DNA of 64,000 nt from a bacterium (lineage in GTDB: Bacteria; UBA8248): the NCBI GenBank assembly GCA_965203325.1, contig OZ241875.1, forward strand, positions 3,168,001 to 3,232,000, given 5' to 3'. A program made the position numbers and the translations under genes. Under the pieces are notes generated by a model that worked only from the letters and a program-made list of their open reading frames with translations, searched no databases and was not told the DNA's origin. Below, piece after piece: positions 43,910-55,360 of this stretch; position 1 is the stretch's first letter; each line of letters starts with the position of its first letter.

Positions 43910-44164
43910 ATGGTCATTGATAAGTTGAATGCGCTTGAAACCGCGCTCTCGAATCTTTTGGAAGAACGTGATTCCCTCAGGCGCTCCCGGGCGGAGTTGG
44001 AGTCGCAACTCCAGAGGATGAGAGAGGAGGCCCGCGCCGATTCGGAATCCGTGCGCGCCCAGGCCGACGAGTTGGCGAAATGCCAGGCGGAAAACACGCG
44101 GCTTCAAGAAGAGCAAGCCGAGATTCGGGAGCGTGTGGAGAAGATTCTGACGCACATCGAGTAG
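43910..44164 (+). CDS. Coiled-coil cell division protein, ZapB-like
   Basis: Heptad coiled coil ending IRERVEKIL; lies between pheT and zapA. Confidence 0.7.
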   Translation: MVIDKLNALETALSNLLEERDSLRRSRAELESQLQRMREEARADSESVRAQADELAKCQAENTRLQEEQAEIRERVEKILTHIE

Positions 44165-44206
44165 TTCGTCGAAAGCATGCAATACTAGGGCATAAGGAGA
44201 CAGCTT

Positions 44207-44485
44207 ATGGCCGGGGGGAATAAATTCGTGGTGGAGATTTTTGGTCATTCCCTGAACCTGAGAAGTTCAGCCGACTCGGAATATACACTGCAGCTCGCCG
44301 AGTATGTAGATTCTCAAATTCACAAGGTCTCACGCCAGTCGAACGATCCGATAAAGGTCGTTCTGCTGGCTTCGATGAACATCGCCAACGAGTTGTTCGA
44401 GGAGAGGGAAGCGAAAGAAAAAAGTGAGGAAACCCTCTCCCAACGCGCTGATTCTCTGTTGGAGATGGTGAGAAAAGCGGGCTGA
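44207..44485 (+). CDS. zapA: Cell division protein ZapA
   Basis: VEIFG...LAEYVD...VLLASMNIANELF. Confidence 0.88.
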   Translation: MAGGNKFVVEIFGHSLNLRSSADSEYTLQLAEYVDSQIHKVSRQSNDPIKVVLLASMNIANELFEEREAKEKSEETLSQRADSLLEMVRKAG

Positions 44486-44560
44486 CCAGTCGTTTTCTCC
44501 ACGCAGTAGCTTCTTCCTGTATTCATCCCCAAGTTTTAGTGTCATAATGCTTCTTTGCTT

Positions 44561-44740
44561 TGACCCTGCCGTGTTCGTGATGGGGGAAAGCATTTTGACC
44601 CAGTACTATTGTACCGGGAGTCCTGACCCAGGGTGGTGAGCTATTCCTCTCGGGGAGTTCAGCCTAAAGCCATGGAAGTGGACGCCCACCTGGCGAAAGC
44701 TGGGTTCAAAGCGAACCTCACACGGCACAAGGCGGGGTCA
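44561..44740 (+). ncRNA. ssrS: 6S RNA
   Basis: Ends pair (TGACCCTGCC / GGCGGGGTCA), about 180-nt rod, in the canonical zapA-6S-ygfA context. Confidence 0.85.
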
Positions 44741-44819
44741 TTACTAACATGGACCTCGAGTCTGGTTGAGAGATTTCCGCTCGTGTTCATGAAGACTCGG
44801 GTGTGGTGAAAGAGGATTC

Positions 44820-45437
44820 ATGGCCGAATCAGACATGGAGAAACGCGACGTTCGGCTGAAGATGAAGGAGATGAGAGCACAATTCCCCCCTGCCGAGGCC
44901 GGTGTGTCGAGCCGCCTGGCGGGACGGCGCCTGGAAGCTTTTCTGGTTTTCATGGGCGCGTGCAGGGTGGGGATATATGCGGCGGTTCGCGGTGAGATGG
45001 ACTTCTCGTCGCTCTGGAGTGAAGGCAGCGATGCGAAAAGGACATATTGCTTCCCCCGGGTGGGGAAAGATGTTTTGCACTTCTGTCCGGTGAATCATCC
45101 CGAGGAGGAACTTCAGCCGGGCACGCTTCGAATTCCAGAACCTGTTCGCGATATTCCACCCCTGAACCTGAATGAACTCGATGTGGTCGTGATCCCCGGC
45201 CTTGCGTTCGATCTCTACGGCGGTCGGCTGGGAACCGGCGGGGGATTCTACGATCGCACGTTGCAGGGGCGCCGCGGCGGCCCGGAGCAGTCCGGCCCTC
45301 TTCTGGTAGGCGCTTGTTATGCGTTTCAGTTGCTCGTCGGTGAATCCTGGAAGCGCGATGTCTGGGATGTCGGCGTTGATTGGGTGATAACCGATCGGGA
45401 GGCGCTGCGTTGCCTTCCACGTGAATATATGCCCTAG
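44820..45437 (+). CDS. ygfA: 5-formyltetrahydrofolate cyclo-ligase
   Basis: FPRV, IPEP, VIPGLAFD..GGRLGTGGGFYDR, WDV.VD.VIT. Confidence 0.9.
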   Translation: MAESDMEKRDVRLKMKEMRAQFPPAEAGVSSRLAGRRLEAFLVFMGACRVGIYAAVRGEMDFSSLWSEGSDAKRTYCFPRVGKDVLHFCPVNHPEEELQPGTLRIPEPVRDIPPLNLNELDVVVIPGLAFDLYGGRLGTGGGFYDRTLQGRRGGPEQSGPLLVGACYAFQLLVGESWKRDVWDVGVDWVITDREALRCLPREYMP

Positions 45438-45446
45438 GAGGCGGAT

Positions 45447-47030
45447 ATGGATAACGTGGTTTTGTGGCAGATAGCCGTTGTTGCAGTCGCCGTCGTGTGT
45501 GTGGCGGTGTTGTTGGGCATGCGGGCGATGAAGCGCCGGCATGAAGAGACGGTGGCCCGTCAGGAGGCGGACGCCGATAAGCGGATTCAGCAGATCAACG
45601 AGAACGCGGCCAAGGAACTCGCGCAGAAGATTCAGGAATCGCAGGTCGCGCACAAGGCGGAATTGCTGCAGGAAAGAGAGCGCATCGAGCGGGAGAACAA
45701 ATCCCGCGTGGATGAGCTTCAAAAGCTCGAACAAAGGGTGAACCAGCGCGAAGAGATGCTGGACAGGCGACGCGAGAGCCTCGACGGCAAGGAGGCGGCG
45801 GTCGAGCGCCGCGAGACAGAATTGAGCGTAAAGGAACAGGATCTGAAGCGCGAGGAGGCGCGCTACAAGCAACTCCAGGAAGAAGAGATCAGAAAGCTCG
45901 AGGAAATTTCGGGCCTCAGTGTCGAGAACGCGAAGCAAGAACTCAAGGATCGCTTCATGGAGGAGGCGAAACAGGACATCGCCGCCGAGGTCCAGCGCCT
46001 CGAACGCCGGGCCAGGAGCACCATGGAAGCCGATGCGAGACAGGCACTCGCCCTGGCCGTGGAGCGCTTCTCCTCCGAACACGTCGCGGAAAATCTGGTG
46101 AGTGTGGTGGATTTGCCGACCGATGAGATGAAAGGCCGCATCATCGGCCGCGAGGGTCGGAACATACGCGCCCTCGAGATGGCGACCGGCGTGGACGTGA
46201 TCATCGACGATACGCCCGAGGCCGTCGTCGTCTCGGGTTTCGACAAGGTTCGCCGCGAGACGGCGCGCCTGGCGCTCGAAGCGCTCGTGCAGGACGGGAG
46301 AATCCACCCGGGCCGAATCGAGGACATCGTCAACAAGACGAAAAAAGACATCGATTCCCAGATACGGCAGGCGGGCGAGGAGGCCGTGATGGAACTCGGG
46401 GTCGGCGACGTGCATCCCGAACTCGTGAACATGCTGGGGCGGCTCAGATACCGCACGAGCTACAGCCAGAACGCGCTCATGCACTCCAAGGAGGTGGCCT
46501 ATCTCGCCGGGATGCTGGCGGATGAGTTGCGCATTGACCCTACGATGGCGAAGCGCGCCGGCTTGTTTCACGATATCGGCAAGGCGGCGACGCACGAGGT
46601 CGAGGGCTCTCACGTCCAGATAGGCTACGACATCGCCAAGCGCTACAACGAGCCGTCCGAGGTCTTGAACGCCATCGTTTCCCACCATGAGGACGAGGAG
46701 GCGAATTGCATCGAATCCGTCCTGGTGAAGGCGGCCGATACGCTTTCCGCCGCCCGGCCGGGGGCGAGGCGCGAGATGGTGGAAAGCTACATCAAGCGCC
46801 TCGAAGCGCTCGAGAAAATCGCCGAATCCTTCAATGGCGTGGAGAAGTGCTTCGCCATTCAGGCGGGACGGGAGATTCGCGTGTCGGTCCTGCCCGATGA
46901 GGTCACCGACTCGCAGGCCACGTTCCTGGCGCGGGACATCGCCAAGAGAATCGAGAGCGAACGCACGTATCCGGGTGAGATTCTCGTCACCGTCATTCGT
47001 GAAACCCGCCACGTGGCCACTGCGCGCTGA
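45447..47030 (+). CDS. rny: Ribonuclease Y
   Basis: N-terminal TM, coiled coil, KH domain ([13 protein letters not shown]), HD domain (FHDIGK), [10 protein letters not shown]. Confidence 0.97.
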   Translation: MDNVVLWQIAVVAVAVVCVAVLLGMRAMKRRHEETVARQEADADKRIQQINENAAKELAQKIQESQVAHKAELLQERERIERENKSRVDELQKLEQRVNQREEMLDRRRESLDGKEAAVERRETELSVKEQDLKREEARYKQLQEEEIRKLEEISGLSVENAKQELKDRFMEEAKQDIAAEVQRLERRARSTMEADARQALALAVERFSSEHVAENLVSVVDLPTDEMKGRIIGREGRNIRALEMATGVDVIIDDTPEAVVVSGFDKVRRETARLALEALVQDGRIHPGRIEDIVNKTKKDIDSQIRQAGEEAVMELGVGDVHPELVNMLGRLRYRTSYSQNALMHSKEVAYLAGMLADELRIDPTMAKRAGLFHDIGKAATHEVEGSHVQIGYDIAKRYNEPSEVLNAIVSHHEDEEANCIESVLVKAADTLSAARPGARREMVESYIKRLEALEKIAESFNGVEKCFAIQAGREIRVSVLPDEVTDSQATFLARDIAKRIESERTYPGEILVTVIRETRHVATAR

Positions 47031-47037
47031 GGTAGTC

Positions 47038-47823
47038 TTGAGGCTTCTTTTCGTCGGGGACGTCACGGGAAAAGTAGGTCGCCGGATGGCCTGCGCTTAT
47101 CTGGGGGAACTCAGGGAAAAACACGCGGTCGACGTGTGTGTCATCAACGGGGAGAACGCGGCCGGCGGCTTCGGGATCAACAACACGCACGTCGATGAAT
47201 TGCTCGATGCGGGGGCGGACGTCATCACCTCGGGGAATCACATCTGGAACCGCAAGGAAACGGCCGATTTCATATTGCGCGAACCCCGGCTGCTCCGGCC
47301 CGGGAACTACCCGCCCCGAACGCCGGGCAAGGGCGTCTTCGTCCTGGAATCCGAAAAAGGACGCATCGCCGTGTTGAACCTCATGGGCCGCGTCTTCATG
47401 CCGCCCATTGAATGTCCTTTCCGGGAAGCCGACGATCTCATCAGACGGGTGGGGGGAGAGACGAAGATGGTGATGGTCGATTTCCACGCGGAGGCTACGA
47501 GCGAGAAAGTAGCCATGGGCTGGCATCTCGACGGTCGCGTGAGCGCCGTCTTCGGCACGCATACGCACATCCAGACGGCGGACGAGCGGGTGCTGCCCAG
47601 GGGAACGGCCTTCATCACGGACGTCGGCATGACGGGGCCGCGTAATTCCATCATCGGCATGAAGACGGAGATTGTTCTGGATAAATTCATATCCGGGCTT
47701 CCGCGACGCTTCGAAGTGGCCGGAGGCGAGGGACAGCTCAACGGCGCGCTCGTCGAGATAGCCCCGGATACCGGAAAAGCGCTTTCGATCGAGCGTGTCC
47801 AGGTCTTGGAGGGAGAGCGCTAG
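47038..47823 (+). CDS. ymdB: YmdB-like metallophosphoesterase (TIGR00282)
   Basis: FVGDV.G, NGENAAGG, TSGNH, DFHAEATSEK, GTHTH, TDVGMTG; follows rny. Confidence 0.92.
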   Translation: MRLLFVGDVTGKVGRRMACAYLGELREKHAVDVCVINGENAAGGFGINNTHVDELLDAGADVITSGNHIWNRKETADFILREPRLLRPGNYPPRTPGKGVFVLESEKGRIAVLNLMGRVFMPPIECPFREADDLIRRVGGETKMVMVDFHAEATSEKVAMGWHLDGRVSAVFGTHTHIQTADERVLPRGTAFITDVGMTGPRNSIIGMKTEIVLDKFISGLPRRFEVAGGEGQLNGALVEIAPDTGKALSIERVQVLEGER

Positions 47824-47860
47824 CGGTCGCGCCCGTTTCCCCTTCATCCCGATGAAGGTT

Positions 47861-48466
47861 TCAGTGTCCGTTTCTGTGAGTGGACTTCTCGTAGTCGGTG
47901 ATGGCGAATCTGGAGGGGTCATCCTTTTTGAGAAATACGAGCAGCCGCTTCAGGCGCCATTCGAGGGAGCGCGACCCCAGGAAGGCCTGTTTTTCCCGAA
48001 GCGGCAGCCTGAGAACCTCGGCGACGGCGAAAGAAAGGCGGAGCGGGTCTTCCAGCAATTCATCGGGCAAATTCTGAGGCGCAGAACCGCTTTTTTCGAG
48101 AGCGTCCCACACCATCCGGCATAATTCCGTGGGGTCGTCGCCCTCCTCATCATGAAAATCGCTCACCTCCGCCTCGAAATAGGGCCGGGTGTCATAAACG
48201 CGGAAAACTTCGAAGCGCTGCTCGCCCAGGGTGAGGATGTTCATCCTGCCGTCGGGAAATTTTTCGAGCACCTGGGTGATGCGGGCCGCGCATCCGATTT
48301 TATGGATGCCGCCTTTCCCCACCAGAACAATCCCGAAGGGCGCGTCGTCCTCGATGCACTCGCCGATCATGATCTTGTAGCGTTCCTCGAAAATGTGCAG
48401 GGGCAGTCGCTGACCCGGCAAGAGTACGACCTGAAGCGGGAACAGGGGCAGGCGATAGGTAGTCAT
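47861..48466 (-). CDS. LON peptidase substrate-binding-domain protein
   Basis: LPLFPL..VLLPG..LPLHIFEERY and PDGRMNI motifs. Confidence 0.85.
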   Translation of the reverse strand: MTTYRLPLFPLQVVLLPGQRLPLHIFEERYKIMIGECIEDDAPFGIVLVGKGGIHKIGCAARITQVLEKFPDGRMNILTLGEQRFEVFRVYDTRPYFEAEVSDFHDEEGDDPTELCRMVWDALEKSGSAPQNLPDELLEDPLRLSFAVAEVLRLPLREKQAFLGSRSLEWRLKRLLVFLKKDDPSRFAITDYEKSTHRNGH

Positions 48467-48662
48467 GAGAAAATTGTAACTTGAATCGCCCGATTTTGAA
48501 ATTCGCGAGAAATTCTCCCGAAACCCGGCGCGATGGATATCGCTCCCTGCAATGGTCTTGCAATTCGCCTCTAGCTGGCCTGATTGCGCGCGAATATGAT
48601 ATTTTGTTCCCCATTGAGACCAAGGCGTCATCCGGATTCTCGTTTTACGGAGGTTTCTCACG

Positions 48663-50291
48663 ATGAGCGAGCCGAGCATCGCCACGGCCCAAAGGGCCTG
48701 GAGCGAACGTGCGGAGGAGGGGGGTAGAGCCACCCTCTCGGGCATCGCGCTTCCGGCGTTTTTCGGTCCGGGTGAGGTGGATCCGGGAACCTCCGATGAG
48801 AAGCCGGGCGCGCATCCCTACACGCGCGGCATCTACGAGAACATGTACCGGGGCCGGCTCTGGACGATGCGCCAATACGCCGGTTTCGGCAGCGCGCGGG
48901 AGAGCAACCACCGCTACCGCTATCTCCTCGACCACGGACAGATGGGGATTTCCGTGGCGTTCGATCTGCCCACCCAGATAGGCTACGACCCGGATCATCC
49001 CCTGGTCTTTGGCGAAGTGGGCCGCGTGGGGGTGTCCATCGCCTCTATCGAGGACATGGAGGTTCTGCTCGACGACATCCCGCTGGACAAGATTTCCACG
49101 TCGATGACCATCAACGCCACCGCGCCCATCCTGCTGGCTCTCTACGTCGCGGTGGCCGAGAAGCACGGCATTCCCTCCGAAGCGCTCCGGGGTACCGTGC
49201 AGAACGACATTTTGAAGGAATACATCTCGCGCGGGACCTACATTTATCCGCCAGAAGCGAGCCTGCGCCTCATTACAGACACCATGGAGTTCTGCAAGGA
49301 CAGGGTTCCCAAATGGAACGCCATATCGATCAGCGGCTACCACATCCGCGAGGCGGGCTCGACCGCCGTTCAGGAGGTCGCGTTCACGCTCGCGAACGCC
49401 ATCACCTATGTGGAGGCCGCGGTCGCTTCAGGACTGAACGTGGATGAGCTCGGCTCGCACATCTCGTTTTTCTTCAACGTCCACAATCATTTTCTGGAAG
49501 AGATCGCAAAATTCCGCGCCGCGAGGAAGCTTTGGGCGCGGATCATGCGCGAGCGCTTCGGGGCGCGTTCGGAGAAGGCGTGCATGCTGCGGTTTCACTC
49601 CCAGACCGCCGGCAGCGCGCTGACCGCCCAGCAGCCGAAAAACAACGTCGTGCGCGTTGCTCTTCAGGCGATGGCCGCTGTGCTGGGGGGCACGCAGTCG
49701 CTTCACACGAATTCGATGGACGAGGCGCTCTCCCTTCCCACGGAGGATGCGGCGAGGCTCGCGCTCAGAACCCAGCAGATACTCGCCGAGGAATCGAACG
49801 TGCCGAACGTGGCGGACCCGTGCGGCGGGGCGTACGCCATCGAGGCGCTGACGTCCGAAATTGTCTCCCGTGCAGAGGAGATCATCCAGCATATCGACGA
49901 TATCGGCGGCATGCTCCACGCCATCGAGACGGGGTGGGTGCAGCACCAGATTCAGGACAGCGCCTATGCCTACCAGCGCCTCGTCGATGAAGGGGAGATG
50001 GTCGTCGTCGGCGTGAACCGCTATCAACAGGAGGAAGAGGCGCCCATCTCGACGCTCCAGATTCGCCCCGAGGTCGAAGGAGAACAGAAGGAGCGTGTCG
50101 AGTCGCTGAGGATACGGCGCCACGCCGATCGTACGAGCGAGGCGCTCGACGCCTTGAGTCACGCGGCCAGGAGCGATGACAATCTTCTGCCCTACATCCT
50201 GAGGGCGGTAAAGGCCGAGGCCACGGTCGGAGAAATCGCGGACACCATGCGTGAGGTTTTCGGCCTCTATCAGCAAGACGTCGCCATCTGA
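48663..50291 (+). CDS. Methylmalonyl-CoA mutase, substrate-binding (large) subunit
   Basis: WTMRQYAGF (Tyr specificity residue), [32 protein letters not shown]. No B12-binding domain. Confidence 0.92.
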   Translation: MSEPSIATAQRAWSERAEEGGRATLSGIALPAFFGPGEVDPGTSDEKPGAHPYTRGIYENMYRGRLWTMRQYAGFGSARESNHRYRYLLDHGQMGISVAFDLPTQIGYDPDHPLVFGEVGRVGVSIASIEDMEVLLDDIPLDKISTSMTINATAPILLALYVAVAEKHGIPSEALRGTVQNDILKEYISRGTYIYPPEASLRLITDTMEFCKDRVPKWNAISISGYHIREAGSTAVQEVAFTLANAITYVEAAVASGLNVDELGSHISFFFNVHNHFLEEIAKFRAARKLWARIMRERFGARSEKACMLRFHSQTAGSALTAQQPKNNVVRVALQAMAAVLGGTQSLHTNSMDEALSLPTEDAARLALRTQQILAEESNVPNVADPCGGAYAIEALTSEIVSRAEEIIQHIDDIGGMLHAIETGWVQHQIQDSAYAYQRLVDEGEMVVVGVNRYQQEEEAPISTLQIRPEVEGEQKERVESLRIRRHADRTSEALDALSHAARSDDNLLPYILRAVKAEATVGEIADTMREVFGLYQQDVAI

Positions 50292-50357
50292 AACGGACAG
50301 GATGTAACTTGCCGCTGAACTTTGGACATCAGGGGTATCATCTGGAGAAATGAATTT

Positions 50358-53003
50358 ATGAAGGGCAATGAGGTCCGCCAGAAATTTCTCGAATTCTTCG
50401 CCGACGAGTCGCACAGGATCGTTCGCAGCTCCAGCCTGGTGCCCATGAACGACCCCACCTTGTTGTTCACCAACGCGGGCATGGTCCAGTTCAAGGACGT
50501 GTTCACGGGACTGGAGAAGCGCGACTACAACCGTGCGGTGAGTTCCCAGAAATGCCTGCGGGTGAGCGGCAAGCACAACGATCTGGAAAACGTCGGCCGA
50601 ACGGCCCGGCACCACACGTTTTTCGAGATGCTGGGCAACTTCTCCTTCGGCCAGTATTTCAAGGAAAAGGCGATCGAGTTCGGCTGGGAGTTTCTGATCA
50701 ACCGCGTGGGTCTCGATGGGGATCGCATGTGGATCACCGTCTTCAGGGAGGACGACGAGGCGGCGGAGCTTTGGCAGCGGCTCGTCGGCGTCCCGCCCGA
50801 GCGCATCGTCCGCATGGATGAGAAGGACAACTTCTGGGCGATGGGGGATACCGGTCCCTGCGGCCCGTGTTCGGAACTCATTTATGACCAGGGAGACCAC
50901 ATCGTCGGCGCGCCGCCTGGCAGCGGACACGAGGATGAGGACGGGGATCGCTATCTCGAACTCTGGAACCTGGTGTTCATGCAGTTCAACCGGGAGGCTT
51001 CGGGCAAGATGGAGCCGCTGCCCAAGCCCTCCGTCGATACGGGAATGGGCCTCGAACGCCTCGCGGCGGTGGTGCAGAAAGAAGACAGCAATTACCACAC
51101 CGACCTCTTGATGCCTCTCATTCATTCGGTCGAGGAGCGCTGCGGCAAGGAGTACACCGGCGGTGACGCTCCGAACGACGTTTCTTTCCGCGTCATCGCG
51201 GACCACGTTCGCGCGGTCAGCTTCCTGGTGGCCGACGGCGTTCTGCCGAGCAACGAGGGCCGGGGCTACGTGCTGAGGCGCGTGGCGAGGCGGGCCTTGC
51301 GGCACGGCAGGATGCTGGGCATCGAGGGGCCGTTCCTGCACCGGACCGTGGGGGTGGTGTCCGATATGATGGGTAATGCCTTCCCCGAACTCAGGGAGGG
51401 CTTGAGCTACATCTCCCGCGTCACGCTGGCCGAAGAAGAGAGGTTCGCCAACACCCTCGCGCAGGGCCAGCCGCGCATGGACGCGCTGGCGGAAGAGGTG
51501 AAATCATCGGGCAGCGCCACCATTCCGGGCGGGGAGGTGTTCACCCTGCTCGACACCTATGGCTATCCGTGGGATCTGGCGGTGGAAACGGCCGCATTCC
51601 ATGGCCTCGAGATAGACCAGGGCGGTTTCGATGAGGCGATGGAGCAGCAGCGCGAGCGCGCCCGCGCCCACTGGAAGGGTTCGGGTGAGGCCGCCGTCGA
51701 TGAAATCTGGCATCAGGTGCGCGATGAGACGGGCGCGAACGAGTTCACCGGTTATGATCACGATGAGGAAGAAGCCCAGGTACGCGCCATCATCTTGGAT
51801 GGCGCGCTGTGCGATGAAGCCGGTGAGGGAACCGAGGCGCGCGTCGTTCTCGACAAGACGCCGTTTTACGGCGAAGCGGGCGGACAGGAAGGCGACAAGG
51901 GCGGGTTTTCCTGGCCCGATGGCGCCACGCTCGTGCTCGACACGCAGAAACCGCTCCCCGACGTGTATGTCCATCACGTCAAGGTGACGGAAGGAACCTT
52001 GAAGAAGGGGCAAAGTCTTACTGCGCAAATCGACGCGGAAAGACGCGATCTTTTAAGGCGCAATCACTCGGCCACCCACCTGCTGCAATACGCGCTGCGC
52101 CAGGTTCTGGGAGATCATGTAAAACAGGCGGGTTCCCACCTTTCGCCGGATAGGCTTCGTTTCGACTACACCCACTTCACGGCGATGACGGCGCGTGAGC
52201 GCGAAAGGGTGGAGGACATCGTGAACGAGCGCATTCGCGAGAACGCGGGTGTGGAGACGCGCCACATGTCGATAGACGACGCGCTGGCTGCAGGCGCGAC
52301 GGCGCTCTTCGGCGAGCGGTATGGAGAAGACGTGCGCGTCGTCTCCGTGGGCGATTTCAGCATGGAGCTTTGCGGGGGTACGCATGCGCGCGCCGCGGGC
52401 GACATCGGGTTTTTTCGCATCCTGCACGAGGGCAGCGTGGCTGCCGGCGTGAGGCGCATCGAAGCCTTGACGGGCGAGGGCGCGCTCTTGCAAGCCCGCA
52501 AGGAACAACACGTTCTCTCTGAAATCGGGGAACTCACCAGAGCGGCACCGCTTGAGGAAGCCGAACGCGTGAGGCGCCTGCTCGATCGCGTGAAGACGCT
52601 TGAGCGTGAACTCAAAGATTCGCGCGACAGGCAATCACGCGATGAGATGGGCGATCTGGCTTCCGAGGCCAAAGAAATTTCAGGCGTCAAGCTCCTTGCC
52701 GTGAGGCGCGACGGACTTCAGGCGGGCGATTTGCGCGGAATCGTCGACGCGGCGAAGGGGAAGCTGCAAAGCGGCGTCGCTGTGGTCGCCGCCGTGACGG
52801 ACGGGAAGGTCGCCATCGCCGCGGGCGTAACGAAAGACCTTACGTCTCGCATTCATGCCGGGAATCTGGTGAAAGAGGTGGCCTCGCTCGTCGGCGGCAG
52901 AGGCGGGGGCCGGCAGGACTTCGCGCAAGCGGGCGGCAAGGATGTCGAAAAGGTGGACGACGCCCTCGCCGCTGTTCCCGGACTCATCGAGAAAATGAAA
53001 TAA
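50358..53003 (+). CDS. alaS: Alanine--tRNA ligase
   Basis: LLFTNAGMVQFK, HHTFFEMLGNFSFG, GPCGPCSE, NHSATHL, ELCGGTH, GGGR.DFAQAGG. Confidence 0.98.
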   Translation: MKGNEVRQKFLEFFADESHRIVRSSSLVPMNDPTLLFTNAGMVQFKDVFTGLEKRDYNRAVSSQKCLRVSGKHNDLENVGRTARHHTFFEMLGNFSFGQYFKEKAIEFGWEFLINRVGLDGDRMWITVFREDDEAAELWQRLVGVPPERIVRMDEKDNFWAMGDTGPCGPCSELIYDQGDHIVGAPPGSGHEDEDGDRYLELWNLVFMQFNREASGKMEPLPKPSVDTGMGLERLAAVVQKEDSNYHTDLLMPLIHSVEERCGKEYTGGDAPNDVSFRVIADHVRAVSFLVADGVLPSNEGRGYVLRRVARRALRHGRMLGIEGPFLHRTVGVVSDMMGNAFPELREGLSYISRVTLAEEERFANTLAQGQPRMDALAEEVKSSGSATIPGGEVFTLLDTYGYPWDLAVETAAFHGLEIDQGGFDEAMEQQRERARAHWKGSGEAAVDEIWHQVRDETGANEFTGYDHDEEEAQVRAIILDGALCDEAGEGTEARVVLDKTPFYGEAGGQEGDKGGFSWPDGATLVLDTQKPLPDVYVHHVKVTEGTLKKGQSLTAQIDAERRDLLRRNHSATHLLQYALRQVLGDHVKQAGSHLSPDRLRFDYTHFTAMTARERERVEDIVNERIRENAGVETRHMSIDDALAAGATALFGERYGEDVRVVSVGDFSMELCGGTHARAAGDIGFFRILHEGSVAAGVRRIEALTGEGALLQARKEQHVLSEIGELTRAAPLEEAERVRRLLDRVKTLERELKDSRDRQSRDEMGDLASEAKEISGVKLLAVRRDGLQAGDLRGIVDAAKGKLQSGVAVVAAVTDGKVAIAAGVTKDLTSRIHAGNLVKEVASLVGGRGGGRQDFAQAGGKDVEKVDDALAAVPGLIEKMK

Positions 53004-53049
53004 TCACCGCACAACCGCGCTTGGTTCAGGCGGGTTTATTGCGGCATTT

Positions 53050-54249
53050 TTGTTTCGGAGAACGTTTTTGAGAGATACGGCCGTGGCCGGCGCCGTTCCA
53101 GAGCGCCTCAAGAAAAGAAGAATCTCCGTCCTCATCGTCGCTCACATCGCGAACGACAGCTATTTCGGTTTTCTCCCGCCGCTGCTCCCCCTCATCGTGG
53201 AGCGCATGGATCTGCCCTTGAGTCTGGCGGGCCTTCTGGCGACCACGCTTTCCGTCACCGGCGCCGTGGGTCAGCCTCTTTTCGGCTATTTCGCCGACAG
53301 GATCAGGAAAGGGTGGCTCCTGGCGCTCGGGCCGCTGGGTGGCGCGCTTCTGGCGTTCATGCTCTACATGCCGAATTTCTGGATACTCATGCTGCTCATG
53401 CTGGTCGCGGGCTCGGGGTCGGCTTGTTTTCATCCCGTGGCTTCTGTCATCGCCGGCCAGTCTGCCGGCGCGAGAAAAGGGTTCGGCATGTCGCTCTACG
53501 TCGCAGGTGGCCGCCTGGGCGTGGGGATAGGTTCGGGGATGGCGACGTTCATCGTCACCCGGTGGGGCATCGACGCCATGCCGTACGCCAGCCTCGTCGG
53601 CATCATTATCGGGTTTCCCTTGTTTTTCTTCTCTCCGCCTATCCGTGACGTCGGGCGCGGGGCTTCGCAAACTTTCATGCAGACGATGCGCACGCTCCGG
53701 ATCGTGTTCCGCCCGCTTTTCCTGCTTTGGGTCGTGAACCTGTGCCGCACCACGGTGACGATGACGGTGCAGGTATTCTTGCCGATTTACATTATCGCCA
53801 AAGGCGGTTCGCTGGCCGCGGGTGGAACGTCCGTCACCCTGTTTCTGGTCGCCGCGGCGATAGGCGGCATCTACGGCGGACATCTCTCCGACATCTTCGG
53901 CAGGCGGATCGTGACGATCATGTCCATCTGCGTGGGCACGCCCGCTTTGGGCCTGGCTTTTCTGTTCGATGAGCCCTTGCGGACCGTCTTCGTCATACTC
54001 TCGGGCGCCGCTTTCTATGCGCAGATGGGGGTTTCTGTGACGTACGCGCAGGAGATCGCCCCCGAACACGCTGCCCTGGTGAGCAGCTTCATGCTCGGGG
54101 TGGTCTGGTTCGTGGCGAGCATCGGGATGATCGCCGTGGGCGGCCTGGCTGATTACATCGGTGTGGAAACGGCCCTGCCCCTGGTCTGCATGGCGTTCGG
54201 CGTCGTGGGTTCGTTCCTCTCTTTCGGACTACCCAAAGAGACGGCTTAG
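53050..54249 (+). CDS. MFS transporter (Fsr-like)
   Basis: AHIANDSY, QPLFGYFADR, FHP, GGHLSDIFGRR. Start uncertain. Confidence 0.85.
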   Translation: MFRRTFLRDTAVAGAVPERLKKRRISVLIVAHIANDSYFGFLPPLLPLIVERMDLPLSLAGLLATTLSVTGAVGQPLFGYFADRIRKGWLLALGPLGGALLAFMLYMPNFWILMLLMLVAGSGSACFHPVASVIAGQSAGARKGFGMSLYVAGGRLGVGIGSGMATFIVTRWGIDAMPYASLVGIIIGFPLFFFSPPIRDVGRGASQTFMQTMRTLRIVFRPLFLLWVVNLCRTTVTMTVQVFLPIYIIAKGGSLAAGGTSVTLFLVAAAIGGIYGGHLSDIFGRRIVTIMSICVGTPALGLAFLFDEPLRTVFVILSGAAFYAQMGVSVTYAQEIAPEHAALVSSFMLGVVWFVASIGMIAVGGLADYIGVETALPLVCMAFGVVGSFLSFGLPKETA

Positions 54250-54253
54250 AGAC

Positions 54254-54646
54254 ATGTCGAAAAATTTCAAACCCCTGGCCGTGGAACGCGAGATAGCCGA
54301 GGAGATGGCTTCAACGCTCGGCCGCATCGGCAGCGAGTTCTCCAAGCGCCATCAGAGGGCGTGGGCTGCCTGGCGCGCCTGGGAGAAGGGGCAAGAGTTC
54401 GGCGATAATATCAGGGAAAGGCTCGAGCGCGCGCTCCATGGCGCGATGGATGAAGCGGAGCGCTACCGGTATTTCCTCATCGTGCAAAGAGAGGCGATGG
54501 GACTTCGAAACCATGCGGAGGTGAACCGCAAATACCCGCTGCCTCGCGTGCCGGGCAGGCCGCCCGCGGCGGGCGACCCCACTAGCCCTCGTCTCGCTTG
54601 GCCCGGAGGATTTTCACGAGGTTGGCGTAGGAAGTTCTCCGGATGA
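54254..54646 (+). CDS. Hypothetical protein (DUF6665-like)
   Basis: EREIAEEMASTLGRIG ... LIVQREAMGLRNH..V...YP. Confidence 0.6.
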   Translation: MSKNFKPLAVEREIAEEMASTLGRIGSEFSKRHQRAWAAWRAWEKGQEFGDNIRERLERALHGAMDEAERYRYFLIVQREAMGLRNHAEVNRKYPLPRVPGRPPAAGDPTSPRLAWPGGFSRGWRRKFSG

Positions 54647-55187
54647 TGGATCGGAACTGGTCGCGGTAGTTTTTCACCAGGCTCACGCCCTCCACCACAA
54701 CGTCGTAGACGCGCCATTCGCCTCCCACTTTGTGCAGGCGGTAGACGATGTCGACCTCTTTCTTGTCCATTGTGATGATGACGGTGTTGACCTTGGCGAA
54801 TTCCTCGTCGATGCTCTCTTTTCCGAGAACGACTTTCTCGTTGGTGTAGCTTTCCAGCGTGCCGGCGTAGTTGCGTTCCATGAAATAGCTGAAAAGCTCG
54901 ATGAATTCGGTCTTCTCCTCGGGCGTGCGTTTTCTCCACGCCCTCGCGAGGCTTCGCCGGGACATTTCCTCGAAATCAAAGTGCCTGTGGATGATCTCGC
55001 GCATCCGGTTTCTGCGTTCCGCTTTTTTCTCAGGCGCCTTCAAATCGGGCTGGCCGAGGATCTCCAACACCCCGTGTATCCCCTTTCGCACGACTTCGGA
55101 CGGCTCTCCCGCCTGAGCGAGCGGCGCGAGAAGCGCACAGGCGAATAGGGTGGCCATAAGAAGCTGTAGACGCTTTTTCAAAAGCAT
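54582..55187 (-). CDS. mlaC: MlaC/Ttg2D phospholipid-binding protein
   Basis: Signal peptide; FDFEEMSRRSL..W; WRVYDVVVEGVSLVKNYRDQF. Confidence 0.9.
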   Translation of the reverse strand: MLLKKRLQLLMATLFACALLAPLAQAGEPSEVVRKGIHGVLEILGQPDLKAPEKKAERRNRMREIIHRHFDFEEMSRRSLARAWRKRTPEEKTEFIELFSYFMERNYAGTLESYTNEKVVLGKESIDEEFAKVNTVIITMDKKEVDIVYRLHKVGGEWRVYDVVVEGVSLVKNYRDQFRSIIRRTSYANLVKILRAKRDEG

Positions 55188-55360
55188 GGGTTCTCCTCGT
55201 GGGGGAATGACTGAATTCGGGCGTGGCGGCAAAACGTGGATGATGTAATGATGTTTATATGTTTTCCGGCTCTCTCGATTCTGGGTCCGCTAGCGCGAAG
55301 CACTCATTGACGAACAGATTGTCGGTCATCTTCCAGTGTTTTTTCAGGCGGCGATGCCCG

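Noticed and set aside
44829..47066. Long antisense ORFs (745 aa here; also 36637-38421, 49428-51341, 21035-22480, 40160-41362)
   Set aside because: These are shadow frames of GC-rich core genes with no recognisable motifs.
48663..50291. Alternative acyl-CoA mutase (isobutyryl- or hydroxyisobutyryl-CoA)
   Set aside because: The RQYAG Tyr and the ISRG Arg match methylmalonyl-CoA specificity.
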